Made by a program: the position numbers and the translations under genes
Assembly: GCA_045644725.1 (NCBI GenBank)
Contig: JAZRHK010000136.1
Location: 1-62,744 of the forward strand
Length of the DNA stretch: 62,744 nucleotides
Reading direction: 5' to 3'
Origin: Candidatus Coprenecus sp.
GTDB lineage: Bacteria; Bacteroidota; Bacteroidia; Bacteroidales; UBA932
Notes under the pieces: model-generated
Databases searched by the model: none
What the model saw: the letters and a program-made list of their open reading frames with translations, nothing else
What the model was told of the DNA's origin: nothing
Shown here: positions 10,219 through 20,704 of the stretch, one piece after another
Layout of the letters: each line of letters starts with the position of its first letter
Numbering within the stretch: position 1 is the first letter of the stretch

Positions 10219-11268
10219 TCAGAATTCCTTGTTGAAATGTGGGATTATGGCCCAGTCGCTTACACTTATCGAGAGCTCCAGTGAGCCTGGTGTCAAGGGT
10301 ATGTTGGGATCCAGTGACCCCGGTTTTGTTATAGTTACACCATAACTGTAAGAGGTGTTGCGCCTTACCCCATAGTGCCCACTTTCAATACTGTATCCGT
10401 ATCCTGTCTGGTTGACCAGAATAGGGTAGTAGTAAGTTGTCCCCCCAAGATCCCCCTGGATAACCATTTTTGTGCAATTGGAAACATTGTCTGTTTCATT
10501 TGAATAGCAGTAAAAGTTATGGACCGTATTGTTGCCGGTGTCATTTATCTCACCCTCCAGTGGCTTGAAAATCAAATTTGGCTCTTTAGTGCCGTTGGTA
10601 TCTTTACCTACAAGTTTGGTGTAGTTGTATATGAGAGGTGTTTCGGGGGATTGGGCATTGTTGTATATTGTTTTCTGTGCATGTGCATTTACCAGGTACA
10701 GTTTGACATTTGACAATGTCATCCCTTCGAGCGGGGTTCCTTCAAACTCAGTTCTGATGGAGGTGACCGATATTCTGGAGATGTGCCGTTTGACAGTAAG
10801 GGATACGGATGATGTTGCCCCCAGAGTCTCCTCGATCTGGCCGTACATAGTAAAAGAGCCAATAAACTCATTGCTGAGATTTGTATACAAATTGCGAAAT
10901 GTGGTCAGATCTGTAACGCCATTGAAAGTGTCCATATGTCCGTTCACAATTACGCATATTGTTTTTGGACCTGTTGTGGTAGTGATGGTGATATCATCCA
11001 GATCGTTGCCACTAAATCTTTTGTATGTCTCCAGTTTCTGGTAGTCTGCGGAGGAGGGTGCTGTATTGCGGAATATAAAGACATCTGCTGTGTTTATGGT
11101 ATTGTCACTGATCTCAGAAACTGTTCCGGCTTTTGTCTGGTCTGAAGCCAATGATAGTGTTAGGGTGGATGGGTTTTGCCCGATGCATGGGATGCATGGC
11201 TTTTGGCAGGATGTCATAAAGGTGGTGATGGTGCATGCGATAGTGCTGATAATAAATAATTTTTTCAT
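10219..11268 (-). CDS. fimbrillin (Mfa1/FimA-like) major subunit candidate
   Basis: 349 aa. Lipobox FMTSC. N-terminal ...TKAG...I.....DVFIF... pattern of type V pilins. Operon context. Confidence 0.55.
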   Translation of the reverse strand: MKKLFIISTIACTITTFMTSCQKPCIPCIGQNPSTLTLSLASDQTKAGTVSEISDNTINTADVFIFRNTAPSSADYQKLETYKRFSGNDLDDITITTTTGPKTICVIVNGHMDTFNGVTDLTTFRNLYTNLSNEFIGSFTMYGQIEETLGATSSVSLTVKRHISRISVTSIRTEFEGTPLEGMTLSNVKLYLVNAHAQKTIYNNAQSPETPLIYNYTKLVGKDTNGTKEPNLIFKPLEGEINDTGNNTVHNFYCYSNETDNVSNCTKMVIQGDLGGTTYYYPILVNQTGYGYSIESGHYGVRRNTSYSYGVTITKPGSLDPNIPLTPGSLELSISVSDWAIIPHFNKEF

Positions 11269-11272
11269 AATG

Positions 11273-12616
11273 CTAGTTGATGTTTAATTGGCTGTTTTCT
11301 TCCAGGTTGAGATTGTATTTTTTTATAAGATGATTTATTTCCGGGTCAAGGTTTGCTCTGAATCTCATCGATTTGTCTTTGGCCAAGCTGTTGATGTACC
11401 ACTCAATAGCTCTTTTTTCATCGCCCTCTCTTGCAGAGATTAGGGCCAGCATGTAGTCCCTTTTTGCAGATGCCGGGAGTTTTTCAAGGATGTTTTTTGC
11501 GGGAGTGTCATTGTCCGTACACAGATAGGCTACAGCTGTATTCAAGTCATCATAGTGACAGAGATGCATGATGGCCCTTTCGTAATATCTCCCCTTTAGT
11601 GCAGTTATCCCCTCTGAGTAATAAGTGTCATGTTCATGAGTGGTATGTGGTTCCAGTAGTGTGGATATGCTTGATATGTAGAATGTGAGTGGTTTACCTT
11701 GGGGAATGGAGTATAGACTTTCACCATCTTTCATGATCTCTCCGTCTATGTTTATTTCCACTTTCCTCAAATCCGGTTTTGTGTCTATTGTTTCAGTATA
11801 GCAGTATGAGAAGTCATTAGGATGGGTTATTATTGTATCCAACCTGATCATTTGTCCGGAAGCATTCTCATTCTTGATATATCTGTCAAATGCCTTAGGG
11901 GCATTTTCTGTCCTATGATTGTTTCTTCCTATCTTCAATTTCTTTTCATAGTAGTCAAGTACCTCCCTGTATGATATGTCATATAGTCCATGGATTTTTT
12001 CCGGTGATATTATGGATGTGTCTTTTTTTAGTGCCGATAACGTGGGTATATTGCGCTCTATGAAAATCTCTACAAGTTTCTGATATCTCAGTTGGGTGCT
12101 GTCTGTTATTATGCCGGAGAGATATTTTGAATACAGTTCGTAGCCTCTGATCTGTTCGCGGCGGTAGTCTATGCCGGTAACATGAATAGGGTCCAGATCA
12201 ATGGTGTCTCCAAGGGCGATAATTCGTGGCTTGAATCTGAGCTGCCATCCTGGATCCTGAAGTTTTGCGGGAATATGTATATCAAAGGTCAATTTTATTT
12301 TTCCGTTCCTCTCTGCGATGTTCTTGAATTTGGCATTGACAACCACTCCGGACAAATTCTGTGTACCGCAAATGTTCCCGGAAGAATCGGTAGTGCTGCT
12401 CATCAAGTGGAGTTTCTCCCCATTGATTCCTCTTACAGTCAGTGTGTCTGATGTTTCATTGGATGAGAGTACTTCATTTTTGAACTCTCGTATATCTCCA
12501 TCTGAGACATTGATTTCTGTTGCGGTTTTTGAGTTTCTCAAATCCTGTATCTTTCCGTAAGTGCCGCAGCTGCCCAGTAGAACGGCGGCTGTGAAGTATA
12601 GTGTGATTTTTTTCAT
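11273..12616 (-). CDS. DUF3868-like protein of type V pilus loci, with C-terminal TPR-like region
   Basis: 447 aa. Lipobox LLGSC. The gene order DUF3575 - DUF3868 - fimbrillin is characteristic of Bacteroidales. Confidence 0.6.
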   Translation of the reverse strand: MKKITLYFTAAVLLGSCGTYGKIQDLRNSKTATEINVSDGDIREFKNEVLSSNETSDTLTVRGINGEKLHLMSSTTDSSGNICGTQNLSGVVVNAKFKNIAERNGKIKLTFDIHIPAKLQDPGWQLRFKPRIIALGDTIDLDPIHVTGIDYRREQIRGYELYSKYLSGIITDSTQLRYQKLVEIFIERNIPTLSALKKDTSIISPEKIHGLYDISYREVLDYYEKKLKIGRNNHRTENAPKAFDRYIKNENASGQMIRLDTIITHPNDFSYCYTETIDTKPDLRKVEINIDGEIMKDGESLYSIPQGKPLTFYISSISTLLEPHTTHEHDTYYSEGITALKGRYYERAIMHLCHYDDLNTAVAYLCTDNDTPAKNILEKLPASAKRDYMLALISAREGDEKRAIEWYINSLAKDKSMRFRANLDPEINHLIKKYNLNLEENSQLNIN

Positions 12617-12625
12617 GATGTAGTA

Positions 12626-13189
12626 CTAAAATGTGTATACGATGGATATGTTGATATTGTTCGGCATCAGGAAAAGTTTCCGGGACTCTCCAACAAGTTT
12701 TCCGCATCGGGGGGAAATGTATGTTTTGTACTTTTTCCATCCGCCCCAGCCCCCAAGGCCGAACTCCATATTTATGCTTTTTGTCAGCATAAGGGAGTAG
12801 CCTGCCTGGATTCCAGCCCCGATAGCGTCACCTTCTTCTGTCAAGGGGCTCAGTATTCCTCCGTGGTTGTATCTTGAATATTGGATACCGAAGCTGTAAA
12901 ACCACCCGGAGTATACGTACCAGCTCCAATATCTCGCATTCAGTGAGCCTGTCAGCTGCTTGTTCTGGAAAGGTCGTGAAGATATGTTCCTGTCAATGGC
13001 ATTGTATCTCCCTTCCAGGTGAAGACTCCAGTGACGGTTGAGGCTCATCCCTATATTGATGTTAGGTGTGAGAAAATTGAGGTATCCTAAGGTGTTGGTC
13101 CCGATGGATACGCGGTTTTCGGCTCCGTGAAGGGTTGGGGTGGCGAAGACCAGTAGGAGGAAAATTAGGATAGTCTTTCTTGTCTGCAT
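12626..13189 (-). CDS. DUF3575-like outer-membrane beta-barrel protein
   Basis: ORF 13204 starts on TTG; the first ATG is at 13189 (MQTRKTIL...). Alternating aromatic and Gly strands, ending in ...ISIVYTF, typical of an OM beta-barrel. First gene of the pilus operon. Confidence 0.65.
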   Translation of the reverse strand: MQTRKTILIFLLLVFATPTLHGAENRVSIGTNTLGYLNFLTPNINIGMSLNRHWSLHLEGRYNAIDRNISSRPFQNKQLTGSLNARYWSWYVYSGWFYSFGIQYSRYNHGGILSPLTEEGDAIGAGIQAGYSLMLTKSINMEFGLGGWGGWKKYKTYISPRCGKLVGESRKLFLMPNNINISIVYTF

Positions 13190-13352
13190 CTTTTTTTTGT
13201 GCAAATGAAAGGGATTGTCATTTGAAGGAGAGACATATCCAACAACACTTTTGGAGTTGTTTTGGAAAAACTGAATTTTAAAAATGTGTATTTTTTTCAG
13301 AATTGTATATTATTGGCTAACTTTACGGGATAATTCTAAAAAATAATCGGTT

Positions 13353-14786
13353 ATGACAATTGAACAGCAACTCGAGAACTATAAAAAAGGTTTTCCATAT
13401 CTTAAAGTGATCTCAGCAGCGACACCTGCAAGGGGTATTCTGGTACTCAATGAAGAAGAGAAGAAAAAAGCATTGGAGGTCTGCAATGCATTCAAAGGAT
13501 CAATAGTGAAGTTTGTCCCTGCATCAGGTGCGGCATCACGTATGTTCAAGGATTTGTTTGAGGCGAAGGATGCATTGGAGGCAGGACAGGAGGTGGCAGA
13601 GGGGTCACCTGCCGGTAAATTCCTGGCAAATGTGGAGAAATTCCCATTCTATTGCCCTGAGAAGTTTGCCGGAAAAGATTCAAAGGGTGTTCTGGAGACT
13701 GTTCTTACCGAGAAAGGACTCAATTATGGTGCCAAGCCCAAAGGCCAGCTTCTCTTCCACAGTTATCCCCAGGAGGTCCGTACCGCTTTTGAGGAGCATC
13801 TTGTAGAGGGTGCCATGTATGCCAAGACTGAGGGTTCGGATGTGGTAAAAATGCATTTCACTGTATCGCCTGAGCATATGGACGGTTTTGTTGCATTGCT
13901 TGACAGTGTGAAAGCGAAATATGAGGAGAGGTTCGGCTGCCAGTACCATATCTCTTTCTCTACCCAGAAGGCAGAGACAGATATGATTGCTGTAAATGAA
14001 GACAATACTCCATTCCTTAAGGAGGATGGCCAGCCCCTTTTCCGCCCGGGTGGACACGGCGCACTTCTAAGTAACCTCAATGATACTGCAGGTGATGTGG
14101 TAGTGGTCAAAAATATTGACAATGTGGTCAAGGAGGGTCTCATCTCAGAGACAGTGAACTGGAAGAAGATCCTTATCGGTACCCTTCTCGATGTTCAGGG
14201 TAAGGTCTTTGAGTATCTCCGCAAGATGGATGCTTGCGAAGGTTGCTGCAAGGATCTTTGCGATGAGATAGAAAAATTCCTTGATGATACATTCTGCGTG
14301 AAGCTCCCTGCAGATCTCCCTGCAGAGAAACGTTGCGAATACATCCGTGGCAAACTTGACCGCCCTGTAAGGGTGTGTGGTATGGTCAAGAATGAGGGTG
14401 AGCCGGGTGGTGGCCCTTATGTTGTTTACGATTCGGACGGCTCGACTTCACTCCAGATCCTTGAGGGTGCGCAGCTCAATACCAAGGATGCTGCTGTCGA
14501 GGCACTTGTAAAGGATGCGACACACTTCAATCCTGTAGATCTTGTTTGTTCTTATGTGGATTATAAAGGTGGCAAGTTTGATTTGGGCCAATATACAGAT
14601 CCCGCTACAGGTTTCATCAGTTCTAAGAGCTATCAGGGACGCAAGCTCAAAGCACAGGAGCTTCCAGGATTGTGGAACGGCTCTATGAGCAATTGGAATA
14701 CCCTGTTTGTGGAGGTTCCTCTAATCACATTCAACCCTGTAAAAACTGTTCTTGACCTACTCAGAAAAGAACACTGTTCAGAGTAA
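13353..14786 (+). CDS. DUF4301-family protein (nucleotidyltransferase-like)
   Basis: 477 aa. The N-terminal region (...FVPASGAASRMFKDLF...) and GGHGALL motif match what I recall for DUF4301. Confidence 0.6.
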   Translation: MTIEQQLENYKKGFPYLKVISAATPARGILVLNEEEKKKALEVCNAFKGSIVKFVPASGAASRMFKDLFEAKDALEAGQEVAEGSPAGKFLANVEKFPFYCPEKFAGKDSKGVLETVLTEKGLNYGAKPKGQLLFHSYPQEVRTAFEEHLVEGAMYAKTEGSDVVKMHFTVSPEHMDGFVALLDSVKAKYEERFGCQYHISFSTQKAETDMIAVNEDNTPFLKEDGQPLFRPGGHGALLSNLNDTAGDVVVVKNIDNVVKEGLISETVNWKKILIGTLLDVQGKVFEYLRKMDACEGCCKDLCDEIEKFLDDTFCVKLPADLPAEKRCEYIRGKLDRPVRVCGMVKNEGEPGGGPYVVYDSDGSTSLQILEGAQLNTKDAAVEALVKDATHFNPVDLVCSYVDYKGGKFDLGQYTDPATGFISSKSYQGRKLKAQELPGLWNGSMSNWNTLFVEVPLITFNPVKTVLDLLRKEHCSE

Positions 14787-14811
14787 CCTTTGAAAAAAAC
14801 CGATAAATTTT

Positions 14812-14819
14812 TACTTTTG
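14812..14819 (+). promoter_or_regulatory. Bacteroidetes -7 box (TActTTTG) upstream of lysA
   Basis: Exact TAnnTTTG match 24 nt upstream of the ATG at 14843. Confidence 0.45.
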
Positions 14820-14842
14820 CACGATTATTAAGAATTATTGTT

Positions 14843-16000
14843 ATGTATACACTACCTATTGAAGCTTTCAATTCGATTGAAACCCCTTTCTACTATTATG
14901 ATATGGATCTCCTTAGAGATACCTTGAATACCTACAATTCGCACCTTAACAAACATAACTACGTGGCCCACTATGCGGTGAAAGCAAATGCCGAGCAACG
15001 CATTATGGATGAGATCAAGAAAGCCGGCTTCGGTGTTGACTGTGTGAGCGGTAACGAGGTCAAACTTGCGATCAAGTACGGTTTTTCACCCGACAAGATT
15101 GTTTATGCAGGTGTTGGTAAAAGTGACAAGGAGATCAAGTATGCACTAAAAGCAGGTATCTACGCTTTCAATTGTGAATCTGTAGAGGAGATCAAAGTGA
15201 TTGGTGAATTGGCAAAATCAATGGGTAAAGTGGCACATATCTCTATCAGAGTAAACCCTGATATTGATGCGCATACTCACAAATATATCAGTACTGGAAA
15301 GAAAGAGGATAAATTCGGTATTTCACCATGGATGTTTGAGGATGTGTTGAACACCATCCAGACTTCAGACCATCTTGAACTTATCGGTCTTCACTTCCAT
15401 ATCGGATCACAAATTACAGAACTTGGTGTATTCAAGACACTTTGCCAGAGAGTTGAGGACTTGCAGAAATGGTTCCTTGACAGAGGTGTTCTTGTTGAGA
15501 GTCTTGACCTTGGTGGTGGCCTTGGTGTTGACTATGTAGATCCAGTAGGCAATCCTATCGCAAGATTTGATGAATATTTTGATATCATCAGCAAAAACCT
15601 TATCGTTCGTCCTGGCCAGAGCGTTCACTTCGAACCAGGCCGTGCTATCGTAGCTCAATGTGGTACCCTTATCTCACGTGTCCTTTATGTGAAGAAAGGT
15701 AAAGGTATCAAATTCGCTATTCTGGATGCAGGTATGAATGACCTTATCAGACCAGCTCTATATCATGCTCACCACAAAATTGACAACTTGACATCAACCG
15801 GAAGAAAACTCAGATATGATGTTGTAGGTCCTGTTTGTGAATCTTCTGACTTCTGGGACAAGAAGATAGTTCTTCCAGAGACTAAGAGAGGTGACCTGAT
15901 CGCTATCCGTTCTGCCGGTGCATACGGTCAGGTTATGGGTATGAGATATAACCAGAGAGATTTGGCAAAAGCATATTATTCAGACGATTTGAAAAAATAG
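14843..16000 (+). CDS. lysA: diaminopimelate decarboxylase
   Basis: 385 aa. PLP-Lys region YAVKAN. HFHIGSQ and EPGRAIVA motifs of group IV decarboxylases. Confidence 0.9.
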   Translation: MYTLPIEAFNSIETPFYYYDMDLLRDTLNTYNSHLNKHNYVAHYAVKANAEQRIMDEIKKAGFGVDCVSGNEVKLAIKYGFSPDKIVYAGVGKSDKEIKYALKAGIYAFNCESVEEIKVIGELAKSMGKVAHISIRVNPDIDAHTHKYISTGKKEDKFGISPWMFEDVLNTIQTSDHLELIGLHFHIGSQITELGVFKTLCQRVEDLQKWFLDRGVLVESLDLGGGLGVDYVDPVGNPIARFDEYFDIISKNLIVRPGQSVHFEPGRAIVAQCGTLISRVLYVKKGKGIKFAILDAGMNDLIRPALYHAHHKIDNLTSTGRKLRYDVVGPVCESSDFWDKKIVLPETKRGDLIAIRSAGAYGQVMGMRYNQRDLAKAYYSDDLKK

Positions 16001-16003
16001 TAT

Positions 16004-17341
16004 ATGTTCGAAAATCTATCAGAGAAGTTAGAGAGATCCTTCAAGATACTCAAGGGGCAGGGAAAGATTACAGAAATCAATGTGGCGGAGACTCTTAAAG
16101 AGGTCCGCCGCGCATTGCTTGATGCCGACGTAAGTTACAAAATTGCCAAGACATTTTGTGATGATGTCAAGAAGAAAGCTATAGGTCAGGATGTATTGAC
16201 AGCAGTTCGTCCTGATCAGATGATGATCAAGATCGTTCACGACGAACTTGCGTCATTGATGGGTAGCGAGTTTTCCGACATAAATATTAAAGGTAATCCA
16301 GGTATAGTACTGGTGGCCGGTCTCCAGGGCTCCGGTAAAACTACCTTCTCGGGAAAATTGGCCCATAACTGCAAAACCAAACGAGGCCTCAAAGTTATGC
16401 TTGTAGCTGGTGACGTTTATCGTCCTGCAGCTATTGATCAGTTGAAGGTATTGGGAAGTCAGGTAGATGTTACCGTATACTCTGAAGAGGATTGTAAAGA
16501 TCCTGTCAAAATCGCCAGAAATGCAGTATCCAAGGCAAAAGCCGAAGGGTACTCGTTGGTTATCGTCGATACAGCAGGACGTCTGGCTGTAGATGAGGAG
16601 ATGATGGATGAGATCTCTGCAATCAAAGCAGCTGTCAATCCTACAGAAATCCTCTTTGTTGTGGACGCAATGACCGGTCAGGATGCAGTTGAAACAGCCA
16701 AGGCTTTCAATGACCGTCTTGATTTTGATGGTGTTGTTTTGACCAAGATGGATGGTGATACCCGTGGTGGTGCTGCCCTTTCCATCAAGGCAGTAGTTAA
16801 CAAGCCTATCAAATTCATCAGCTCCGGTGAAAAAATGGAGGCTCTTGATGTCTTCCATCCTAAGAGAATTGCAGACCGTATCCTCGGTATGGGTGACGTG
16901 GTTACCCTTGTGGAGAAAGCTCAGGAGCAGTTCAATGAGGAGGAGGCACGCAAACTGCACAAGAAACTGGCTAAAGACCAGTTCACCCTCTCAGATTTTT
17001 ATCAGCAGATCCAGCAGATCAAAAAGATGGGTAATATAAAAGATTTGGCTTCTATGATCCCTGGTATGGCAAAAGCCATCAAGGATGTGGATATCGACAA
17101 TAATTCTTTCAAAAGCATTGAAGCCATAATTTTGTCCATGACCCTGGAAGAGAGGGAGAATCCTCAAATAATCAACGGCAGCAGACGCCGCAGGATCGCC
17201 CTCGGAAGCGGTACCACAGTAGTGGAGGTAAACAGACTTTTAAAACAATTTGAAGACACCCGTAAGATAATGAAGACAGTAGCTGGCGGAGGTATGAGAA
17301 ACGCTATGCGCACTATGGGTGCTATGAGAAAAAGGAGATAG
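16004..17341 (+). CDS. ffh: signal recognition particle protein Ffh
   Basis: 445 aa. G-domain motifs [14 protein letters not shown] and TKMDGD, with a Met-rich M domain at the C-terminus. Confidence 0.95.
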   Translation: MFENLSEKLERSFKILKGQGKITEINVAETLKEVRRALLDADVSYKIAKTFCDDVKKKAIGQDVLTAVRPDQMMIKIVHDELASLMGSEFSDINIKGNPGIVLVAGLQGSGKTTFSGKLAHNCKTKRGLKVMLVAGDVYRPAAIDQLKVLGSQVDVTVYSEEDCKDPVKIARNAVSKAKAEGYSLVIVDTAGRLAVDEEMMDEISAIKAAVNPTEILFVVDAMTGQDAVETAKAFNDRLDFDGVVLTKMDGDTRGGAALSIKAVVNKPIKFISSGEKMEALDVFHPKRIADRILGMGDVVTLVEKAQEQFNEEEARKLHKKLAKDQFTLSDFYQQIQQIKKMGNIKDLASMIPGMAKAIKDVDIDNNSFKSIEAIILSMTLEERENPQIINGSRRRRIALGSGTTVVEVNRLLKQFEDTRKIMKTVAGGGMRNAMRTMGAMRKRR

Positions 17342-17346
17342 TCAAA

Positions 17347-18222
17347 ATGATTCTACTTGATGGAAAAAAGACAGCCGAAGCTATAAAATTGCAGATTGCA
17401 GCTGAAGTGGCAGAGATGGTGGCCAAGGGGCTTCGCAGACCCAAACTGGTGGCAATTCTCGTAGGTGAGGATGGTGCCAGCAAGACCTATGTCAATAACA
17501 AGGAGAAGGCTTGCCATGATGTAGGTTTTGATTCTGAGGTGCTAAGGTATCCGGAGACCATATCAGAAGGTGATCTTTTGGACAAAATCAGGGAGATTAA
17601 TGATGATAAAGGGGTGGACGGACTAATTGTTCAGTTGCCTCTTCCCAAACATATTGACGAGGACAAAGTGATAAATACCATAAGCCCTTTGAAGGATGTG
17701 GACGGGTTTCACGCTTCCAATGTGGGTAAAATGGTTCTGGGCGAGCCTTCTTTTGTGTCAGCTACTCCTTACGGGATTATGGCTATGTTGGAACACTACA
17801 ATATTGATACTAAAGGAAAGCATTGTGTAGTCCTGGGAAGAAGCAATATAGTAGGTCGCCCTATAGCCAATCTCCTCTCCCTTAAAGGGAATCCCGGAGA
17901 CTGCACAGTCACTATATGTCACAGCAGGACCCAAAATATTGAACAACATACCCGCATGGCAGATATTATTATTGCTGCTATCGGCATTCCTCACTTCCTT
18001 AAAGAGGATATGGTCAAGGAGGGTGCTGTCGTGGTGGATGTCGGCATCACCAGAGTCCCTGATGCCAGCAGACCAAAAGGTTACAGGATTGTGGGAGATG
18101 TGGACTTTGAAAATGTGGCCCCAAAATGTTCATATATCACCCCTGTTCCAGGTGGAGTAGGGCCGATGACAATAGTATCCCTGATGAGGAATACCCTTCA
18201 GGCAATGAAACAACACAAATAA
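17347..18222 (+). CDS. folD: bifunctional methylenetetrahydrofolate dehydrogenase/cyclohydrolase
   Basis: 291 aa. [10 protein letters not shown]...[23 protein letters not shown] and [10 protein letters not shown] motifs. Confidence 0.95.
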   Translation: MILLDGKKTAEAIKLQIAAEVAEMVAKGLRRPKLVAILVGEDGASKTYVNNKEKACHDVGFDSEVLRYPETISEGDLLDKIREINDDKGVDGLIVQLPLPKHIDEDKVINTISPLKDVDGFHASNVGKMVLGEPSFVSATPYGIMAMLEHYNIDTKGKHCVVLGRSNIVGRPIANLLSLKGNPGDCTVTICHSRTQNIEQHTRMADIIIAAIGIPHFLKEDMVKEGAVVVDVGITRVPDASRPKGYRIVGDVDFENVAPKCSYITPVPGGVGPMTIVSLMRNTLQAMKQHK

Positions 18223-18236
18223 ATACGTAGTACCAT

Positions 18237-19169
18237 ATGAAACGTAGAGATTTCCTTAAAACAGCAATTATAGGCGCTGTAGCCGGTGCTGTCAAAGTTG
18301 ATGGCAGTACTATACTTGCTGCTGACAAGAGTGCCAATTCAGAAGCACCGAATGACCTTGTAGCTGTAATGGGTGGAGAGCCCGCAGAGCTGTACCGTAA
18401 AGGTATTGAGGCAATGGGTGGGATGTCAAGATTTGTAAAGAAAGGTCAGAAAGTGGTTGTAAAACCAAATATAGGTTGGGACAAGACACCGGAATTTGGT
18501 GCCAATACCAATCCTGTTCTTGTCTCGGAGATTGTGAAGGATTGTCTTAAGGCCGGCGCTGCAGAGGTGGTGGTATTTGACCACACCTGCGACGAGTGGG
18601 AAGGTTGCTACAAGAACAGCGGTATCGCTGAAGCTGCCCAGAAGGCTGGTGCCAAAATTGCCTTCGCCCACGATGAGAAATATTACAGGGAGGTGTCACT
18701 TCCTCTGGCTGTAAATATGAAGAGTCCCAAGATTCACGAGGCCATCCTTGACTGTGATGTATGGATCAATGTTCCGGTCCTAAAGAATCACGGTGGTGCC
18801 AAGATGACCATATCGATGAAGAACTATATGGGTATTGTATGGGATAGAGGTTATCTCCACAGACACAATCTTCAGCAGTGTATTGCTGATGCCACCACTT
18901 ATGAGAAAAGACCTGTACTCAATATTGTGGATGCTTACCGCATAATGACTCAGAATGGTCCTAAAGGTAAGAGTGTCAACGATGTACAGCTTGCAAAAGC
19001 CATCTTTATGTCGACAGACATCGTGGCTGTGGATACAGCTGCCACCAAGTTCTTCTCGCAGTACAAGGAGATGAGTCTGGAGAATCTTCCGTATCTCTCT
19101 ATGGCGCAGAAGGTCAATGTGGGTACAATGGATATTGATTCACTGAAAGTAGAAAGAATTAAACTTTAA
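18237..19169 (+). CDS. DUF362-domain protein with twin-arginine signal
   Basis: 310 aa. MKRRDFLKTAIIGAVAGA is a Tat-type signal. VVKPN... and LKNH motifs are typical of DUF362. Confidence 0.65.
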   Translation: MKRRDFLKTAIIGAVAGAVKVDGSTILAADKSANSEAPNDLVAVMGGEPAELYRKGIEAMGGMSRFVKKGQKVVVKPNIGWDKTPEFGANTNPVLVSEIVKDCLKAGAAEVVVFDHTCDEWEGCYKNSGIAEAAQKAGAKIAFAHDEKYYREVSLPLAVNMKSPKIHEAILDCDVWINVPVLKNHGGAKMTISMKNYMGIVWDRGYLHRHNLQQCIADATTYEKRPVLNIVDAYRIMTQNGPKGKSVNDVQLAKAIFMSTDIVAVDTAATKFFSQYKEMSLENLPYLSMAQKVNVGTMDIDSLKVERIKL

Positions 19170-19173
19170 TCCG

Positions 19174-20700
19174 ATGTACAGGACTCTCAGATGGATTAGA
19201 GTAGGGGTGGCACTTATGACGCTCCTACTTTTTATACTGGCATTTACCTTCGTCGGTAGAGGCCTTGAAGGGATATTGGGCATTGCACGTTTCCAGTTTG
19301 TCCCGGCATTGGTCTCTTTCCTCAGTGGCGGTGCCTTTATCCTTGTTTTCTTCCTTGTTCTTACCCTCCTTTTCGGCAGGGTATACTGCTCATTGTTCTG
19401 CCCCCTCGGCATAATGCAGGATGGTGTGGCCAAGGTGGCGTCGTGGTTCAAATCCAAAAAGGGGAAGAGGTTCAAATACTCTAAGCCCCACACAGTGCTC
19501 AGGGTGACAATCTGTATTATCTCGTTTGCAGTGCTGGCAATCTTTGGAGCCAGGTTCTTCGCCTGGATTGACCCATATTCAAACTTTGGAAAAATTGCCA
19601 CACAAATGGTAGATCCCATTTTTATTGGAATCAATAATTTGCTGGCCAAGATTTTCCCTGCTGCCGTCTTCCATCGCAGCTACTCTGCACTGGTATGGGG
19701 ATCATTTGCCTTTGGTGCGGCATTCTGCCTGATAGTGGTGTTGATGAGCGCCTTCAGAGGCAGGCTCTATTGCAATACAATATGCCCTGTGGGTACATTA
19801 TTGGGTTACCTCTCAAAGATATCTCTGTTTAAGCTTGCTATAGCAAAGGATGAGTGCATCAAATGCAATGCTTGTGTAAATGTCTGCAAATCGGAGTGTA
19901 TTGATGCAAAGAGCGGTGAGGTGGATGAGAGCAGATGTGTGGTGTGTCTCAATTGTACCACAGTGTGCAAAAAGCACGGTTTGAAATTTGTACGCCGTTC
20001 TGAAATAAACAAAGATTCTGCCGGTAAGGACTCTGTATCGCAAGGTAGGCGGGAGGCTATAGGTGCTGTTGCCCTGTTGGGTGCCACAATGGTCGGAATG
20101 GGTCTTAAGAGACGCAATGAAACAGCTGCAGAGCCAGAGGAAATAAAGGGTATTATCCCTCCGGGCGGTGTCAGCCTTAAGCACTTGAAGAATCATTGTA
20201 CTGCTTGTCAGGCGTGTGTGGAGGCTTGCCCGAACAGGATCATTTCACCTGCCTTTGGTGAATATGGTGCAGCAAATTTGATGCTCCCGGTCATCCATTA
20301 CAAGAAGCAGTTCTGCGGATTCAACTGCAATGTCTGCAGCTCTGTGTGCCCAAATGGTGCCCTCAAGCCTCTATCTGTGGAGGAGAAACGTAAAGTGCAG
20401 ATTGGCAGAGTGGAGTTCATTGCGAAGAACTGTATAGTATTTAAGCATAAAACAGACTGTGGCGCTTGTGATGAACACTGCCCTACAAAAGCGATCACCA
20501 TGAAGGAGTGGAAAGGTCGCCCCGGGTTATATTTCCCTACTGTCAATCCTGATATGTGTATCGGTTGCGGAGGGTGTGAGTACGTTTGTCCAGAGTCTCC
20601 AAAAGCTATGGTAATCAGACCTCTGTCTGTGCATGGAGAGGCCATCCCACCAAAAGAGGATAAGCAGGAACAGAAGGTAGTGGACGATTTCGGATTCTAA
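19174..20700 (+). CDS. membrane-bound polyferredoxin (multiple 4Fe-4S clusters, NapH/MauN-like N-terminal membrane part)
   Basis: 508 aa. Several TM helices with CxxxCP motifs (YCSLFCPLG, YCNTICPVG), followed by four or more CxxCxxCxxxCP ferredoxin motifs. Confidence 0.75.
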   Translation: MYRTLRWIRVGVALMTLLLFILAFTFVGRGLEGILGIARFQFVPALVSFLSGGAFILVFFLVLTLLFGRVYCSLFCPLGIMQDGVAKVASWFKSKKGKRFKYSKPHTVLRVTICIISFAVLAIFGARFFAWIDPYSNFGKIATQMVDPIFIGINNLLAKIFPAAVFHRSYSALVWGSFAFGAAFCLIVVLMSAFRGRLYCNTICPVGTLLGYLSKISLFKLAIAKDECIKCNACVNVCKSECIDAKSGEVDESRCVVCLNCTTVCKKHGLKFVRRSEINKDSAGKDSVSQGRREAIGAVALLGATMVGMGLKRRNETAAEPEEIKGIIPPGGVSLKHLKNHCTACQACVEACPNRIISPAFGEYGAANLMLPVIHYKKQFCGFNCNVCSSVCPNGALKPLSVEEKRKVQIGRVEFIAKNCIVFKHKTDCGACDEHCPTKAITMKEWKGRPGLYFPTVNPDMCIGCGGCEYVCPESPKAMVIRPLSVHGEAIPPKEDKQEQKVVDDFGF

Positions 20701-20704
20701 CAGA

